Shown here piece by piece: positions 1 through 13,009 of a DNA stretch of 64,000 nt (position 1 is the stretch's first letter; each line of letters opens with the position of its first letter). The DNA comes from Sphagnum compactum. Its lineage: Eukaryota. The stretch lies in contig OZ234493.1 of NCBI GenBank assembly GCA_965153455.1, forward strand, positions 35,516,213 to 35,580,212, written 5' to 3'. The position numbers and the translations under genes were made by a program. The notes beneath the pieces were generated by a model. That model did no database searches. It was not told the DNA's origin and saw only the letters and a program-made list of their open reading frames with translations.

Positions 1-126
1 TGCATTTTTGCGGGAGTGGGGCTGCGTGGACCGCACTAGGGTTCGGTGCTGGTGATGGTGGTGCGGTTCTGAGTGTGGGGGGCGAGAGAGAGGAGGAGCG
101 AGTAGCAGGTGCGTTTGGTGGCGGCG

Positions 127-3100
127 ATGACGATGTCGCCAGAAACAACAACAGCTTTAGATCTTGAGGGCGGGAGCAGCGACGAAATGGCGGAGGAGGT
201 CACCGCCAGTTCTGTGCTGCTGAACGGCAGCACTGGCCTTGTGGAAGTGAGCACAAGCGAAGCAGATCAGACCAGCTCTACTTCGCCGTCTTTCCGTCAT
301 CACAACAGCCTCTTGGACATAGGTTTTCAATCCCCTCTGCCGAGTGTCGAGCGAGGAGGAGGGGGAGGATCGAAGTCTGCCTCGGAAATGCCTGAGATCA
401 GCGTGGGGTACTCTCCCCAGCTCTCTGCAGTAGGCGGGGACGACGATTTTCCTCCAGAGTTGGCGGATTTCTCTGTAGGCTTGTCCGGTGGTATGGTTGC
501 TGGTGTGAGCCATATCAAGTCGGCAGAGAAAACCAGACGGTTTCCCGTGCCATTATCGGAGGGGGATGTTGTGGGGACAATAGATATGCTGCCCACTGCC
601 GTCTCACAAGAAAAGAACGGGGTGAAGGAAAGTTTGTCATTTGAGGCTGATAGCCATAAGGAAGAGAAGCATGCCGGTGAGCATGAGAGTGATGGGCATG
701 TACGAGGGAGCCCCAGCGATAGCGAAGGAGAAGAAGACTGCGAGCAAGCCTCAAGCTCGGAGGCGGCGCATCTTTCTTCGGCGGCGATTGCGCGGACGAA
801 CCTCTCCGCCAGTGACGAACCCTTGCAAGACATTCTCGAGTCGAAGATTGCGGAACTGGAGGTCGCCTGTACAGGACCCTCCAAAGTCGACGAAGAGGAG
901 GCCAAGATTGGTACGTGGATGTCATATAACTGCTCTTTAGTCTTTTCTGTAACAAGTTCTGGCCCTAAGTTAAGTTTAGAGAGATGGAGAGTACATGACC
1001 TGTTAGGGCAAGTTCTCCGACAGTTCCGGGTAGAAGCACACAGAAAGTCTGTGCATTTAGGAAGACAGCTTATCTACTGCTGGCAGAAGTTGCTGAAACA
1101 GGAGACATTGTTCTTACAGCCGCAGGGCTTGAGGATCGGTTTCTCTTTCAACCTTCTACAGTGGAATTGGCATAGTAGTGAGAGAACAATGAACATGATG
1201 TGGAGCTTGCAGCAGGTGGAAGTATCATCATTTCAGGGGCCCAATCCGCTTGTACTGCATTTTGTGTGTGGTTGTCCAATTCTCCACAAGTTCCAATTAT
1301 GATGACTCAAAACACTAGAGTTCTGGGAGACCAGCATGAGTCTGTGATGGTATGAAGAAAGAAAGAGGTTTCAGAAGACACAGAGAAGCTTTATGAAGGC
1401 TGGGTTGTCTTGATAGCACAGAGTTGTGATAGGAATTATGGTTGATGTGAATTTAGACTGACATTATTGTGTGGACTGAATGGGGAGAGCAGCCAAGGCA
1501 CAGAAACGCCAAGTAAAGGAGGTGAGGACAATGCTGGATCGGCCAGACCGGAGTGCTGATGATAAACTGCGGCTGTTGAATACAAAGTATCTGCAGCAGG
1601 TGTATACAGCACCATCTACTGTGCAGAGAGTCACTCATATGGTTCTGAAGTCTCATATTTGCTGTTCACTGCATAGAACTGTACACCAAGGAAGTAGGGA
1701 GACTTAATTGGGTTCTTAAATTTTTTGGCTTGTCATACACTGGTTCTGGCAGCAAGTCCTCCACAGATGGATTTGAAGACAATAACATGGATCTGTTGTG
1801 GATCAAAATTCAGGTGGGAGAAACAAGGCAGCTGGAAAAGGAGTTACTGGCTTTACGGCGGAAGTGTGAGCAGGTCAACAAAGAAAAAGATACCAGTATG
1901 TTTTCCAAGAGAATTGCAATGGCTGAGGTTGCAAACTGATGTCTGAATTGGGAAAATGTGTTTGTGATTTGTGTTGTGCAACCCACTACTGGACAAGGTG
2001 ACATTTAGAGAATGCTGTACAGGTTTTGCCAACTGGCTTAAGATACCCAATGTGTGCTGTTATATCTTGGCTGCAGTTTATGGGGAGTTTACTAAGGTCA
2101 GTGCTCTTCGTCAGAAGCTGGAGTCACTATGTCGGGAGCTCCAGCGGCAGAATAAGATACTTCTTGTAAACATCTTGACCTGCTTGTTGTGTCACATGGA
2201 GTGGTCATAAACTCTTTCAAGTGTAAATTACTTTGGGTTGATTGTCCAGCAATGACTTCCTTAGTCAAATTGTGTTATGGCTCTGGTTTATGCGTTTTCA
2301 AAGAACACATGCAGTTTTGTAACTTTCTCTGCATGCTATAGTTGTGTTACTACTTTGGATATTGCTTTTAGAGATGTGACTGTGGGTCTGTTGTGATCCA
2401 TTTTGCTCCAAAGGATGAGAACAAAAGGGTTTCTACAGAAGAGCAGCAAAAGCGTCAGGAGCTTTCTACCAAATTTCACAATACAATCAAGGTCTATTCT
2501 GATGATCCTTGGAATTATGTCAGAATTCATGTGTTGTACTAGCATCTTATGGTCAACATCTTGCAGTTCTATGCTTGAATTTTACTTTCTTGGTGGGGAA
2601 TTTGATGGATCCAGGATATCACAAGCAAGTTGGAAGAGCAAGGGGATGAGCGATTGCAGCAAATAAAAGAAAATGAGATGTATGGTAACACCACTATTTG
2701 CTGCCTCTCAACTCAACACTGAAGAGCCTAAGAATGCAGAGAAAAGTCTTGCACAGGAAGTAAAGTAGGGGTATAGATCTTCTTGTTTGTCTTGTTTGGT
2801 TTCTGTTGGAATATGTTTGGGAGAATGTGCACTCGAATGTGTGCTACTCAATTCTCTAAAAGGGGTCTTAGTCATTTTTGTCAGATAGGTTATTTTTGGA
2901 GAGCAATTTGAAAATAAAAGGGGACTCTGCTGCTCATTTAACTAAGGAACTTCTAAAGAATTATGGTCAGTAATGTTCCTTTTTGCTTTGTTGTATGAAA
3001 GATGTTTCATTCTGTTCCTTGTGCCCAGATTACGAGAAAAGTTGAAGCATTTTACCCAGCAATATGAGATTAGGGAACAACACTATGGGCACCAGGTATT

Positions 3101-5001
3101 TGTGGATGTTTGTTTCCTCACTGTCATATGTTGTAGATATGGATACTTAGTTTGGAGATAGCAGCTCTTTCTCAGGGAGCTAATCATGGATATTTTGACT
3201 CCAAACTATACACTGCACATTTGATCTCCTTTGCAGTGTTTCCTTCCAAGAGTGCAGTCATGTCATTTGGTTCAAGTCATGAGTCAAGTAGCATCTTATG
3301 TTGATAAATGTTTGTTGTGGGATATGTTCACAGCTAAGAACTAAGGCACTTGAACAGCAACTTGCTGAGGTGAAGCTGAAGCAGCAACAGGAACTTTTTG
3401 CTCAGGAGGAAGCTAAGTCACATCTCTATACTGAACAAATTGCCCAGCTGCTCAAAACTGAACAAGATCTCCGATCTCAACTAGGCCTTTATGGGGACAA
3501 GTTTGAGCAATTTCAGGTATGTCTCAGCCTTCTGTATGTCTTTTTCTGAATTTGACAATATTTGTCTTAAAAGGAGTGTTTCTGTCTTGCTTATTCTTTC
3601 TCTCACTGAGAATGATCTCTTCATCTTCACATTCAGCTGTTCTATTACATCTTCTCTCCTGTTGGCACCTCCATGCTTGCTTTGCAAACATATTCCAGAC
3701 ATTTAGTAACAGCTTAACATTTGTTGTGGACAGGATACACTCACAAAAAGTAATGATGTCTTTGCTACATTCAAGAAGGAAATGGAAAAGGTTATTTTTG
3801 CAGCCAGCAATCATGTACATCTGAGATTATTTATTATGAGGTTCAGAGCTTGTTTGTCTTACTGTTGTGGAACATTCAAATATAACAGGGTGGGAACCTT
3901 ACAAGAGGTAGCCAAAGTTGGTCAGGTTTTTACCACTGGTCTGGTGCCAAAAAGAAAATCTGAGTCCTCTCTAACCAGGACCACACAGCAAGTCAACAAG
4001 ACCTTGTCACCATGGTTGATATGTCCTGATGTAAAATCCTGCGATCTTGCAGGGGCTTTCTAGTCCTTCCGATGTGGTCTAGGACTAGTCATATGTTTTA
4101 ATGTTTGGTTTTCAACCCTATAGGAATGCATATCCTATAAGAGAGGTATAGTCTGTTATGATCATGTTGAATGCTATTTTTTTTTCATTGAGAGCTTGAT
4201 GTATGCATTCCTGCCCGGTGAACTTATGTTGTGTGTTGCCAAACAGATGTCAAAAACAATCAAGAAGTTAGAGAAGGAGAACTTTTCTCTTAAAAAGAAG
4301 TGCGAGAAATCAGATGTTACCATCATAGAGCTCTTGGATGAGGTGTGTTTTGCATCTAACCCATCTGATTTGTTATTTGTTGTTGCATTCCCTTAAATCT
4401 CACTGATATGTGTACATCACTGAAATTTGGGCTCTGGGTTGGGGACTCTAAACATGACATTGTTGCCTGAGAATGCAGAGGGCATCTTTGAAGAAGCAGG
4501 CAGAGACGAGCAGAAATCAGAAAGAGAAGCTGGAGGCTCTCTGCCGGTCATTGCAAGCTGAGCGCAAGTCTGCCATTGCAGGGACACTGCCCTCACAAGC
4601 CTCATTACAGGTGATTTGTTGAGTGTCATTCTAGTTTTAGTTTCCTTCATTTGACTCAGGGATGTTTCATGTCTGCAGTTTTCTAGTTTTCTTTCTTGTT
4701 TATGACTGGTCATTAGATTTTATATTAAACACTTCAGTGGTAAAGTGAAAGACTGGTGTTATAGTTCAACTCACAAAACTAAGTTGGGACTCAAAAGTGA
4801 GACTTGTTTGAAGTGAACTCTGTTTTCAACATACTCCTTTTTCTAATTTTCATGATGGGTAGTTGCATTTGCATAATGTTTCCTCTTCTTTCTGGTATTA
4901 TGGGCAGTGCACAAGTTGCTAATTTTGTGGCATTTATTCCCTGTTGATTTTGTGTGCAGGCAGCAATGAACTTTACAGAACCTCAATCAGAGGCACAATG
5001 A
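127..5001 (+). CDS. Taxilin-family (myosin-like coiled-coil) protein, 12 exons: 127-910, 1493-1599, 1814-1895, 2077-2165, 2414-2491, 2615-2679, 3029-3095, 3334-3516, 3734-3790, 4247-4342, 4479-4610, 4960-5001
   Basis: Exons join in frame at GT-AG sites. The product has taxilin signatures [64 protein letters not shown] and KLEALCRSLQAER. The start could be the ATG at 127 or at 133. Confidence 0.9.
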
Positions 5002-5289
5002 AGGGCACCATAGTCCTCTCATTGGTGGTTCCTTGAGTCTGGAATCTGATTAGTCCAAGTTTTGCACACCTGAGATGTCATTTCTGAGTTCAGAAAGAGC
5101 CTAAAGTTTGCTAAAAAGAGGCAAACCCTCCATTTTCTGGCAGCCATTTTTCAAAGAAATCTGGAGATACTTTTCACAATTTGACCCCGCTTTGATTGCT
5201 CTTTTTTGTATGCTTTCAAAGTTGCTGGCTTCATGTCTCTCTTATCATAGGCCGGGGAGTGAACACTTAAGAACTCAAAGGAGGTTGAG

Positions 5290-5880
5290 TCCACACCCAC
5301 TGTTCCACTGCTTCTGAACCCAAAGAACATCTGTAGCCCTCCAATGCTGCAAAAATTGCTTAATTCATTAAAGGAATGAGGAAGATGTGGGGTGTTTCAT
5401 GTAAGGGGGGGGGGGGGGGGGTCAGTGTTTGCTGATGGGTTAATTAAAATAGATTAGGATTTTGTGCTTAAATTTTTTTATTGTTGCATCTTTGCCTTCA
5501 GAATACAACGAAGTTCTGTAAAGCCCAATTTGGGGCACTCATGGAGTTTTAAATCGATTAAAACGGATTAAAACGGAGGAAGATATGGAGCTGGAACTAA
5601 ACAAGGGTTTGGTGCTATTTTTATAAAAAATTTGAAGCAAATTATCACTCATCCTCTTTCTGTGTTGCTCCCTTAGTTCTAATGCTCAAAGAACATTTGT
5701 AGCCCTCCAGTTTCCGCATCCGATGACACAGAAATCACTCAATTTAGCTCATCCTCTTTCTGTGTTGCTCCTTTAGTCTAATGCTCCAAGAACATTTGTA
5801 GTCCTCCAGTTTTTGCACCCAACATACAAAAGTCACTCAATTTGGTTAGGGAATGAGGAAAATATTGGAAAGTGTTTGGG
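5290..5880. repeat. Dispersed-repeat fragments with an internal ~100-bp tandem duplication (5648-5745 / 5748-5845) and a poly-G tract (5405-5421)
   Basis: 'ctcatcctctttctgtgttgctcc...aagaacatttgtag' occurs twice, and a third partial copy (caaagaacatctgtagccctcca) lies at about 5321. Confidence 0.7.
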
Positions 5881-6206
5881 TGATGTTTGATGATGAGCAA
5901 TTCTACCCTATTCCCTCTCTGCCACACTGAATATTATTCAGTACTCTCTTGGGGTTGGGAAAGGCTGTTTTCACAGGCAATAATTGTTGCTGGATAGATA
6001 AAAAAAAAATATTGAATTCAATTTAGTGTTTCACTTTGGTGAGGAATTCAATTTTCTATTGAAGTACTGCAGAACACTTGTCAACAGATTCTCTATTATT
6101 AATAAACAGTTTTGAGTCTGAAGTGTAGTTGGAATGGCATTTAGTAACTATCTAGTTGAGCAATGTGTCGCATGCAATATTGCCTGCAAAGTGAGGTGTG
6201 TCTACA

Positions 6207-6480
6207 TCAGTGTTTTTTTTTCCAAACTTTGTGAAGTAGGTGGGTTGGCAATCATGCAAAAGAGGACTTAGCCAAATTTGGCTAGAGGTCAGAGGAGGAA
6301 GTAGAAAACTTTAGAATTCCTCTTGTAATTTGGCAACTTTGTTGGAAGCTATTTTCTAAATATGGTGACTTTGAATTTGAATTCTTTTGATGATGGGGTG
6401 ACCGGGGTCCAATTTTTCCAAAGAAAACCCTTCACACCTTATTTCTTTCCTCTTCAGGTTGTGAAAATTCGCCAAAAGAA
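6207..6480 (+). mobile_element. MITE-like dispersed repeat, copy 1 of a family also seen at 46035-46322 (-), 47902-48165 (+) and about 51335-51610 (-)
   Basis: Shared core ttagccaaatttggcta, T-rich start (cagtgttttttt) and A-rich end; non-coding, about 270-290 bp. Confidence 0.55.
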
Positions 6481-7199
6481 TCCTATCTTTGCCTCACTGA
6501 TACTCACTTGCCCCTGATTAATCACATAGGACCCCACACCTAGAGTTCATAGAGAAAGTAGAGATAGCATTCCCAAGATGATAGTTATCAACAAATCCAA
6601 GGTGTCAAATTATGTGTCAATTAGAGGTGACTCAAAAATAAGTATAGATGGTCCACAATTAGAATTAACTTTGCAATTTCAAATTCCTAGATTTTAGGAA
6701 AAAAACAGTTAAAAGTCCAAAAAATGGTCATTTAAGTTGAAGGTGTGTATCCTCTATCTATTTCTCTCCTATGTGAATATTGCATTGGTTGTCAACACTC
6801 CCTCCACCTTGTTCATTAGCATGTTCAGATGTCTATGAAATTTTTGATTCATCTCTCAAATTTCTATCAAAACCTTCATTGCAAATGATGAACTATTGTG
6901 CTATATCTCAATTACGTTCTTGTGCACATGAAATGTAAGAAAATCACAAGAGAGGTGTGGTGAACGACTATGAAAAAAATGCTTTTACAAATACCAATTT
7001 TTTCCTTTGTATCCTACACATTGAATCACACATGTTTGTCAAGGATTATTGTAATGCAATGTTCATAAGTATTGTGTTGAAGCTGAAGTCCAAGAGATAA
7101 ACATCACATCTGTTAGGAATGGACTTTAATTAAAACAAGATGAAAAAGGGAAATGTAAAGCAACACTAAAATCCTCAATTGAATTTTACCTTTGCAAAC

Positions 7200-8340
7200 C
7201 GAGGCGTTATTGTGAGTATGTTAGAATAATGGCTCTAGTCAATGCAAAGCATGAGGAACATATGAAACTATTGGAAATCATAGATTTGAACATGCTCAAT
7301 TTGAGTTTCCATTGGCAAAGTGAAAGAATTTATCAACCTTTATGCTCGTTGTTGGCTTCTCCCACCACTTGAGAAATGGTCTAGCTTTTAAGGACAAGTT
7401 GACAACCATATATGGTGATCATAGCAAAACAAAAAATTACATTGACTATTGGTGTCAATGCAAATTATTGGGCTTTTTTAGTGCAAGACAATATCGCTCT
7501 AGATTCACCTCACCAATATGTGAAAGAAATATATAAGATTATCAAGGTGTTTTCAAGTTCAAGAGTTATATTTCAACCCTCCCATTCTCAAGACCTCACG
7601 GCAACAAACAATGGTGTGTATAAACCAACTGGTCTAGAAGGTTCCACTAAACCATTGGAAACACCCAATTTTCAAACCAATTCTTGGGTAATCCATCTTA
7701 AGAGCAATTAGATATTCAACGTTGGAAGAGATCATGATGATAATTATGTCCCAATCAATTAGTCAAGACTACACAAGATGCATGGCAACATGACAAGCTA
7801 TCCATCATATTCCCAAACCATGGAAGAAAATGAATAATGGATTCGACCATCTCCACTTGCAATTGTTAAAGGCAATCTTGGAATTCCACAACCTCATAAT
7901 GTGATTCCAAATGTTTGAAGAATTGCACCTTGACCAATTAGAAGTCTACAAGTGCTTCACAATGCAAGCCTTAAGTGCTTATAAATGCATTTCGCACTCC
8001 AATGACACCTCGAACATCTCACCATCCACAAGCCCTAGCGAAATAATCATCTCAAAATTGTAAAGGACTAAGGAATGCAAATGTTTGTCAAAAGACTAAT
8101 GTAATTCATAAAAAGTTAGTCAAAATGGCAATACAAGGGCACAAAACCTTGGGGCAACTATTGATAAGATTTGTGTTATTAACCTTGAGATTGATTGGAA
8201 AGGAGCAAGAGCCAAGATGAATTTTTATCAAAACAACTTGAATTATTTTGGCTTCAATATCAAGAAACCAACAAAACTAACAAAGACATGGTGAAGGCCA
8301 TATTAAACTTCATTAATGCCATTGCATTATGCCAAAAATG
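7200..8340 (+). pseudogene. Decayed Myb/SANT-like (trihelix-type) ORF, probably a PIF/Harbinger ORF1 remnant
   Basis: Frameshifted fragments LAFKDKLTTIYGDHSK / IGVNANYWAFLVQDNIALDSPHQYVKEIYKIIKVFSSSRVIFQPSHSQDL resemble the CKDKW..IYGD.K...DYW...LP......YD.I..F pattern of plant trihelix/Harbinger Myb proteins; many stops. Family assigned from recall, not from a search. Confidence 0.5.
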
Positions 8341-8579
8341 TGGCATATATTACTTCACATATAATTACGTTTGCATTTCCAACTACATGAATATGTAGTT
8401 GATTTAGATTTATGGCTTTTGCCATTACTCATATTTGTGATCATAGTCATTTATGTCATCTCTTCGTGTGACTTCTATGATTGTGGTCACAAAAGACAAT
8501 TATACAATAAATATTTACTAACTTGTGAAATGTAAACATGTGTTTATCCATAGTAAAGCCACATGGACAATTTAGTTAT

Positions 8580-9605
8580 CTACTTATTAACCCAAACAAC
8601 CTAAGCTAAGGTTAAAGACTTAAACAGCTTAAGCTAGCCTAAAATACTAAATTAGGTAACTTAGGCCTAGGTAACCTAAAAGCCTAGGGTAAATGATGTA
8701 AAAACCTAAATTAGAAGCATAGCTTAGGCTAGGCTACTTATTCAAAAACCTAAGCTAGTATGGGATAAAAATGTATGTTGCAAGTATAAAGAGTTGAACC
8801 CTCACCTTCAAATTAAAAGACCAAATCTTTAACCATTGCACCACATTAAGTAATATGATTTGTCATCCTATGATTAATTTTATTTTTAAAGAACTTATTT
8901 AATTAGTTTAACCTAGCCACCTTACCACCTAACTATTTAGTTTAACCTACTTAGCCTACCTATTAAGCCTTGCTTGCATAACACTACCTAACCTAGCTTA
9001 CCTAACTAACTATATACCTAATTACATACCTATTTTAATTGAACTATTTACCTACCTACCCATCTACTTGGTTTAACATACCTACACATCTAGTTTACCT
9101 ACCTACCTACCTAGTTTAATTTGTTGTGCATTCCTATGTCAGCACCTATAACCATTGCTATCGCCACACTTACAACACATAACATAGAAATACCTTGAAT
9201 GGTACATCACATTCAAACAAAAAGATTGACTCAATTCCAACAACACAAGAATCCAAACCCAAAACATAAAAAACCAAAACATTTGCATAACAAGAAAATT
9301 GCAAAGTAAAAATTATGCTTTGAAATCTCAAGTCATCAAAAGTGATTTGAGGTCACATAAAATGGGATTATATTCCATGAAAAATATCCCAAACCCTCTT
9401 CACATATGAACTAGTTAAATAAATAATTAACTTAATTTATCTTTAATTAACTAGGACCTAACTGAACAATTAAACTAACACACCTAACAAATTACCTAGC
9501 CTACCTACCTATCTTACTTACCTACTTACTTAGCCTACCTTCTTACCTTACATAACCTACTTCTCTAATCTATCTAACCTACCTACCCAACTTGCCTATA
9601 CCTTC
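8580..9605. repeat. Low-complexity CCTA/TAGG-rich degenerate repeat region
   Basis: Many cctaccta, acctaac and ctagg motifs; similar tract at 48720-48790. Confidence 0.7.
8777..8848 (-). other. Degenerate tRNA-derived (SINE-head-like) sequence, tRNA-Lys(UUU)-like
   Basis: Minus strand reads GTGGTGCAATGGTTAAAG (A box), CTTTTAA (anticodon-loop-like), GGGTTCAACTC (B box). Stems are decayed, so this is not an intact tRNA. Confidence 0.45.
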
Positions 9606-9754
9606 TATTTCATTTCTTTCATATTCAACTATTTATTCAAATATTTTTAATTACATATTTTTCTATTTTTAAATTGTTACAATTGGTCAAAAGTAGGGTC
9701 AACAAGATAAGTCAAACAAGTTCAAGCACCTTCATAATGATTATGGGTCATAAG

Positions 9755-9995
9755 TCATGAGGGCACCGTCCATTGGAAGCCTGTTATGACTCAGTTATGG
9801 ACAAACCCCACCAACTGAGCTAATAAACAATCATGAGTCCACTATCCATCCATTGAAAGCTTGTTATGACTGCTTTACGGATGAACCCCCACTGAGATGT
9901 GGAACACTTATGAGTGCAACATCCATTGCAAGCCTGTTATATTAGGGTAAGTTGAACTGAACCCTACTGAGTTATGGATGGAACCCATGTGAGTA
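9755..9995. repeat. Degenerate ~75-80 bp tandem repeat, about 3 copies
   Basis: atgag...tccattg.aagc.tgttat...ga..aacccc motif recurs at about 9757, 9832 and 9909. Confidence 0.6.
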
Positions 9996-11478
9996 TTATG
10001 GTAGTACATTCATGCAGATGGTTAGTGGGTTGTCATTGGGTAGGTAGAAAAAACTAAAAACATAGCTATAACCTGATAGAAATGTGTTTTTCTGTCCACA
10101 CTCATCCATCCATCAAGGTACACTGACTGGTGGGTGGTTGTTGGTTCTCTTTGGCCTATTTGTTGGCACCTGAATAGGTTCAGTCCTTCCCCTTGTTGGC
10201 ACCTTCTCCACATGCCATTCTTGCCTAGTGTTGGAATGGCATTCAATTGCAGTGTGGCTTGTGGATCTAACGAAGCTGAACCTCCCATGCAACTGACAAA
10301 AGAACTGGACTTGCTTATCCACCTAATAGCAAAGCTGCACTTCTTAATGCAACTGACAGGAGAGATGGGCCTGCCAATGCAATTGATAGCAGAGTTGGAC
10401 CTACCAATGGTAATGATGATTTGAGCCTTTGCAAATCCTGATGGTACAGTTTCTGACTCTGAGACTGGTGACTTACATTTATAGATCAAACAATGAACAA
10501 AATCAGATTGTAGATGTATGGTAGAGAGCTTGGACCTTCCAGCTACATTCTTTGTGCTCCAAGATATGTCTTGAGTAACTTCTGCTGGTTAGTACCAGAT
10601 TGCTCCTGCTCCGCAATTCCAACATGTACATCTCATTCATTAGGATGCACAAAGAAACTACTCTCAGCCTGCTGATGTTGGATATCTTCTGCAGACTGTA
10701 ATTCTAGGTGATGCATCAAATTGACAAGATCCAATTCTCCTCAGCCAAGTATCAACTAGTTTTGTAAGATACAACAAATACAAACATGTCTGGTAACAAG
10801 GTCGTGCATGAAGTTCTGTTTTGTGAAGAATTTCATATCAGAACTAGGTCATGCTAATGCTAGACGTTCACATAATACCCAAGCCAACTATAATCAGTGT
10901 CATCAAAAGTCATAGGACATTGTAGCCAAACTCATGTCAAAATCCCGTCACATCTTTAAAGACTTGAAACATGCCCACCTAAAAATAGTTTAACAAGGTG
11001 CTTCAAATCTGTTGCTCTCAGCTTTGGATAAGGCACTTGACCCACAAATTTCATGGACTAAACTATGCCTCCCCTAAGTCTAACATGGCACAAGACTGCC
11101 ATCAACCTTGATAAATTGAACTAGAAAGAGAACAAAAAGTTACAGGGGGCATGTATACATTCAAGACACTTATTTTGGAAAATGCAATAATTGGGGAAAT
11201 AAATCCCTAGAATTGATGCCAATACAGACAAAGAATAGAATCAAAAAAGATTCTTCAAGTTCAAGATGGAACACAAGGTACTGTAAACTTTTTATTGCTG
11301 AAGAAAGCATACATCCAAGAGAGAGACTGGATTGAACTTCCTACAGACATGGGAAGTTCAAAAAAATGGTTTAGAGTACTCAACATCACAAGATTGCACT
11401 AAATATTATTCAAGCCTTATGCCATGCATCCAAGGGCGCCTGATTCTCTTATTCCAATATCTCCAGAAATGTCACTAA

Positions 11479-13009
11479 TCAATCGTTCTTTGCAGGTGGG
11501 GGAGGGGGAGTCTCCTGTACCACTGAGACCACAGCAGATGGCAGTCCGTTAGTCATCAAATTAATGTCAAGAAAAAGTGGGACAGGAATTTCCCTGGTGA
11601 CTAGGACAGGAAGTTGGTGCCCAATGCATTGCCCTCAACTTGCCCTAAAACTACAAAGAGGAATCCAGGCTATTGGTCCAGATACTCAAGCCTGCTATGA
11701 GTAAAGATATGCAGAATTATGTTTGCACAACTCAGTGACTTTGATCCTAACCCTCTGCTATAAGGCCATCCTGTACTACTGTCTACATATCCATGAGATT
11801 GCAGAGAAAAACTCCACAATTAACACTTTGAAGGAAACTGTTCTGTCAGTTCCAGTTAAGACCACAACTAACTGTAAAAGAATGAGCACGCTCATAGATT
11901 TATCTATGTCATTCATGATCTGTCAAACCATCAGCTTGATAGCAATGACTAGCTGCCATGACTTGTTGCTGACTTCATCAAGTGGGAATAGATATGGTTA
12001 TAATAATCTACCCAGGATTTCAGGCAAACAATTATACCAAAATCTGCATCCTGAGTTTCATAACCTGACGAGTGTCACTCATGAAGTATCAGACCATTGT
12101 CTTTATCATGAGTGGTAGTCACTAGCTGCCATGACTGGTAACGTCAAGCAGCACACATTTTGTGAAAATGCACCATCCTGACATCTACCCATTTCTGCAA
12201 AGCTCCAGACACCACTAGGGTTATAACCCCTATTCTGGACTGTGGCCCCTCAAAATACCAGAAGCATAAACAACAAGCCAAATGCATTGACTGCAACACT
12301 GTGAGAACAACACCAGTGGGCATCACCAGTGGCATATCCCATGTTCAAGAGAGCCTAAAAGGAATAAAGGGAAAACATCTGGGTGAGAAGAAATCCCATC
12401 CAAAAACACTTGAGACTCCAGTAAAATTACTAACCCATCTACCAGAATTGGCCACAAGAAAAATGGAACACAAAATCAAGGGGTCAAGAAAATCAGCATC
12501 GAATAAGTTTCCGAATCCATGAATACCTGACCATCTACATGTCATTGAGAGGCTTATATCCAGTTTATATCCACTGGAGGAAAACGCTCTAAACATCACT
12601 TGTGATACAACTTCCCATCTTTCCAAAATGCACAAAATGAAGCAGGAGGAAGTGGGGCTCAATCCCAAAACTAAAAGGTGGGTAACAGGCACCAGTGACC
12701 CAAGCCACCTGCCACAGACTAGCAGACGAGAAGAAGAAGAGGAGGAGGAGAGGCTTATGATTTTGGGGTGGAGAGGAGAGAAAACTGCTATACGCACCAG
12801 CTTTGTGGGACAGCTTTGTGGGGCTCCCCTTCCTGATAGATCTGAAGCTTGTAGTAAACTTGCTCGCGGTTCAGGGCCTTGATCTTGTGGGGCTCCTTCA
12901 GACAGTTCCTCACCATGGCTGCAAAGGTGTTGGCTTATGAGATGTATGTCATCCCCGCATTCCTGCAGTAAGGAGCTGCTGCTGCTGCTGCTGCTGCTGC
13001 TCCTGACAT
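11479..13009 (-). pseudogene. ATP5E: Mitochondrial F1 ATP synthase epsilon subunit pseudogene (exon 1 13009-12798, exon 2 11522-11479)
   Basis: Translation MSG(A)9[53 protein letters not shown] matches the plant epsilon pattern ([30 protein letters not shown]). TAA at 12937-12935 replaces the conserved Tyr, and a 13-bp duplication (12798-12823) shifts the frame before the GT donor. Exon 2 has a GACTAAC branch site and CAG acceptor; the restored frame ends VVQETPPPPPAKND*. Confidence 0.85.

Noticed and set aside
911..1302. C-terminal part of the 397-aa ORF 109-1302
   Set aside because: Read-through into intron 1 past the G|GTACGT donor at 910/911; the taxilin frame resumes at 1493.
12935..12937. 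Stop removal by RNA editing or readthrough in the epsilon gene
   Set aside because: Nuclear intron-containing gene; U-to-C editing would give Gln rather than Tyr, and a separate frameshifting duplication is also present.
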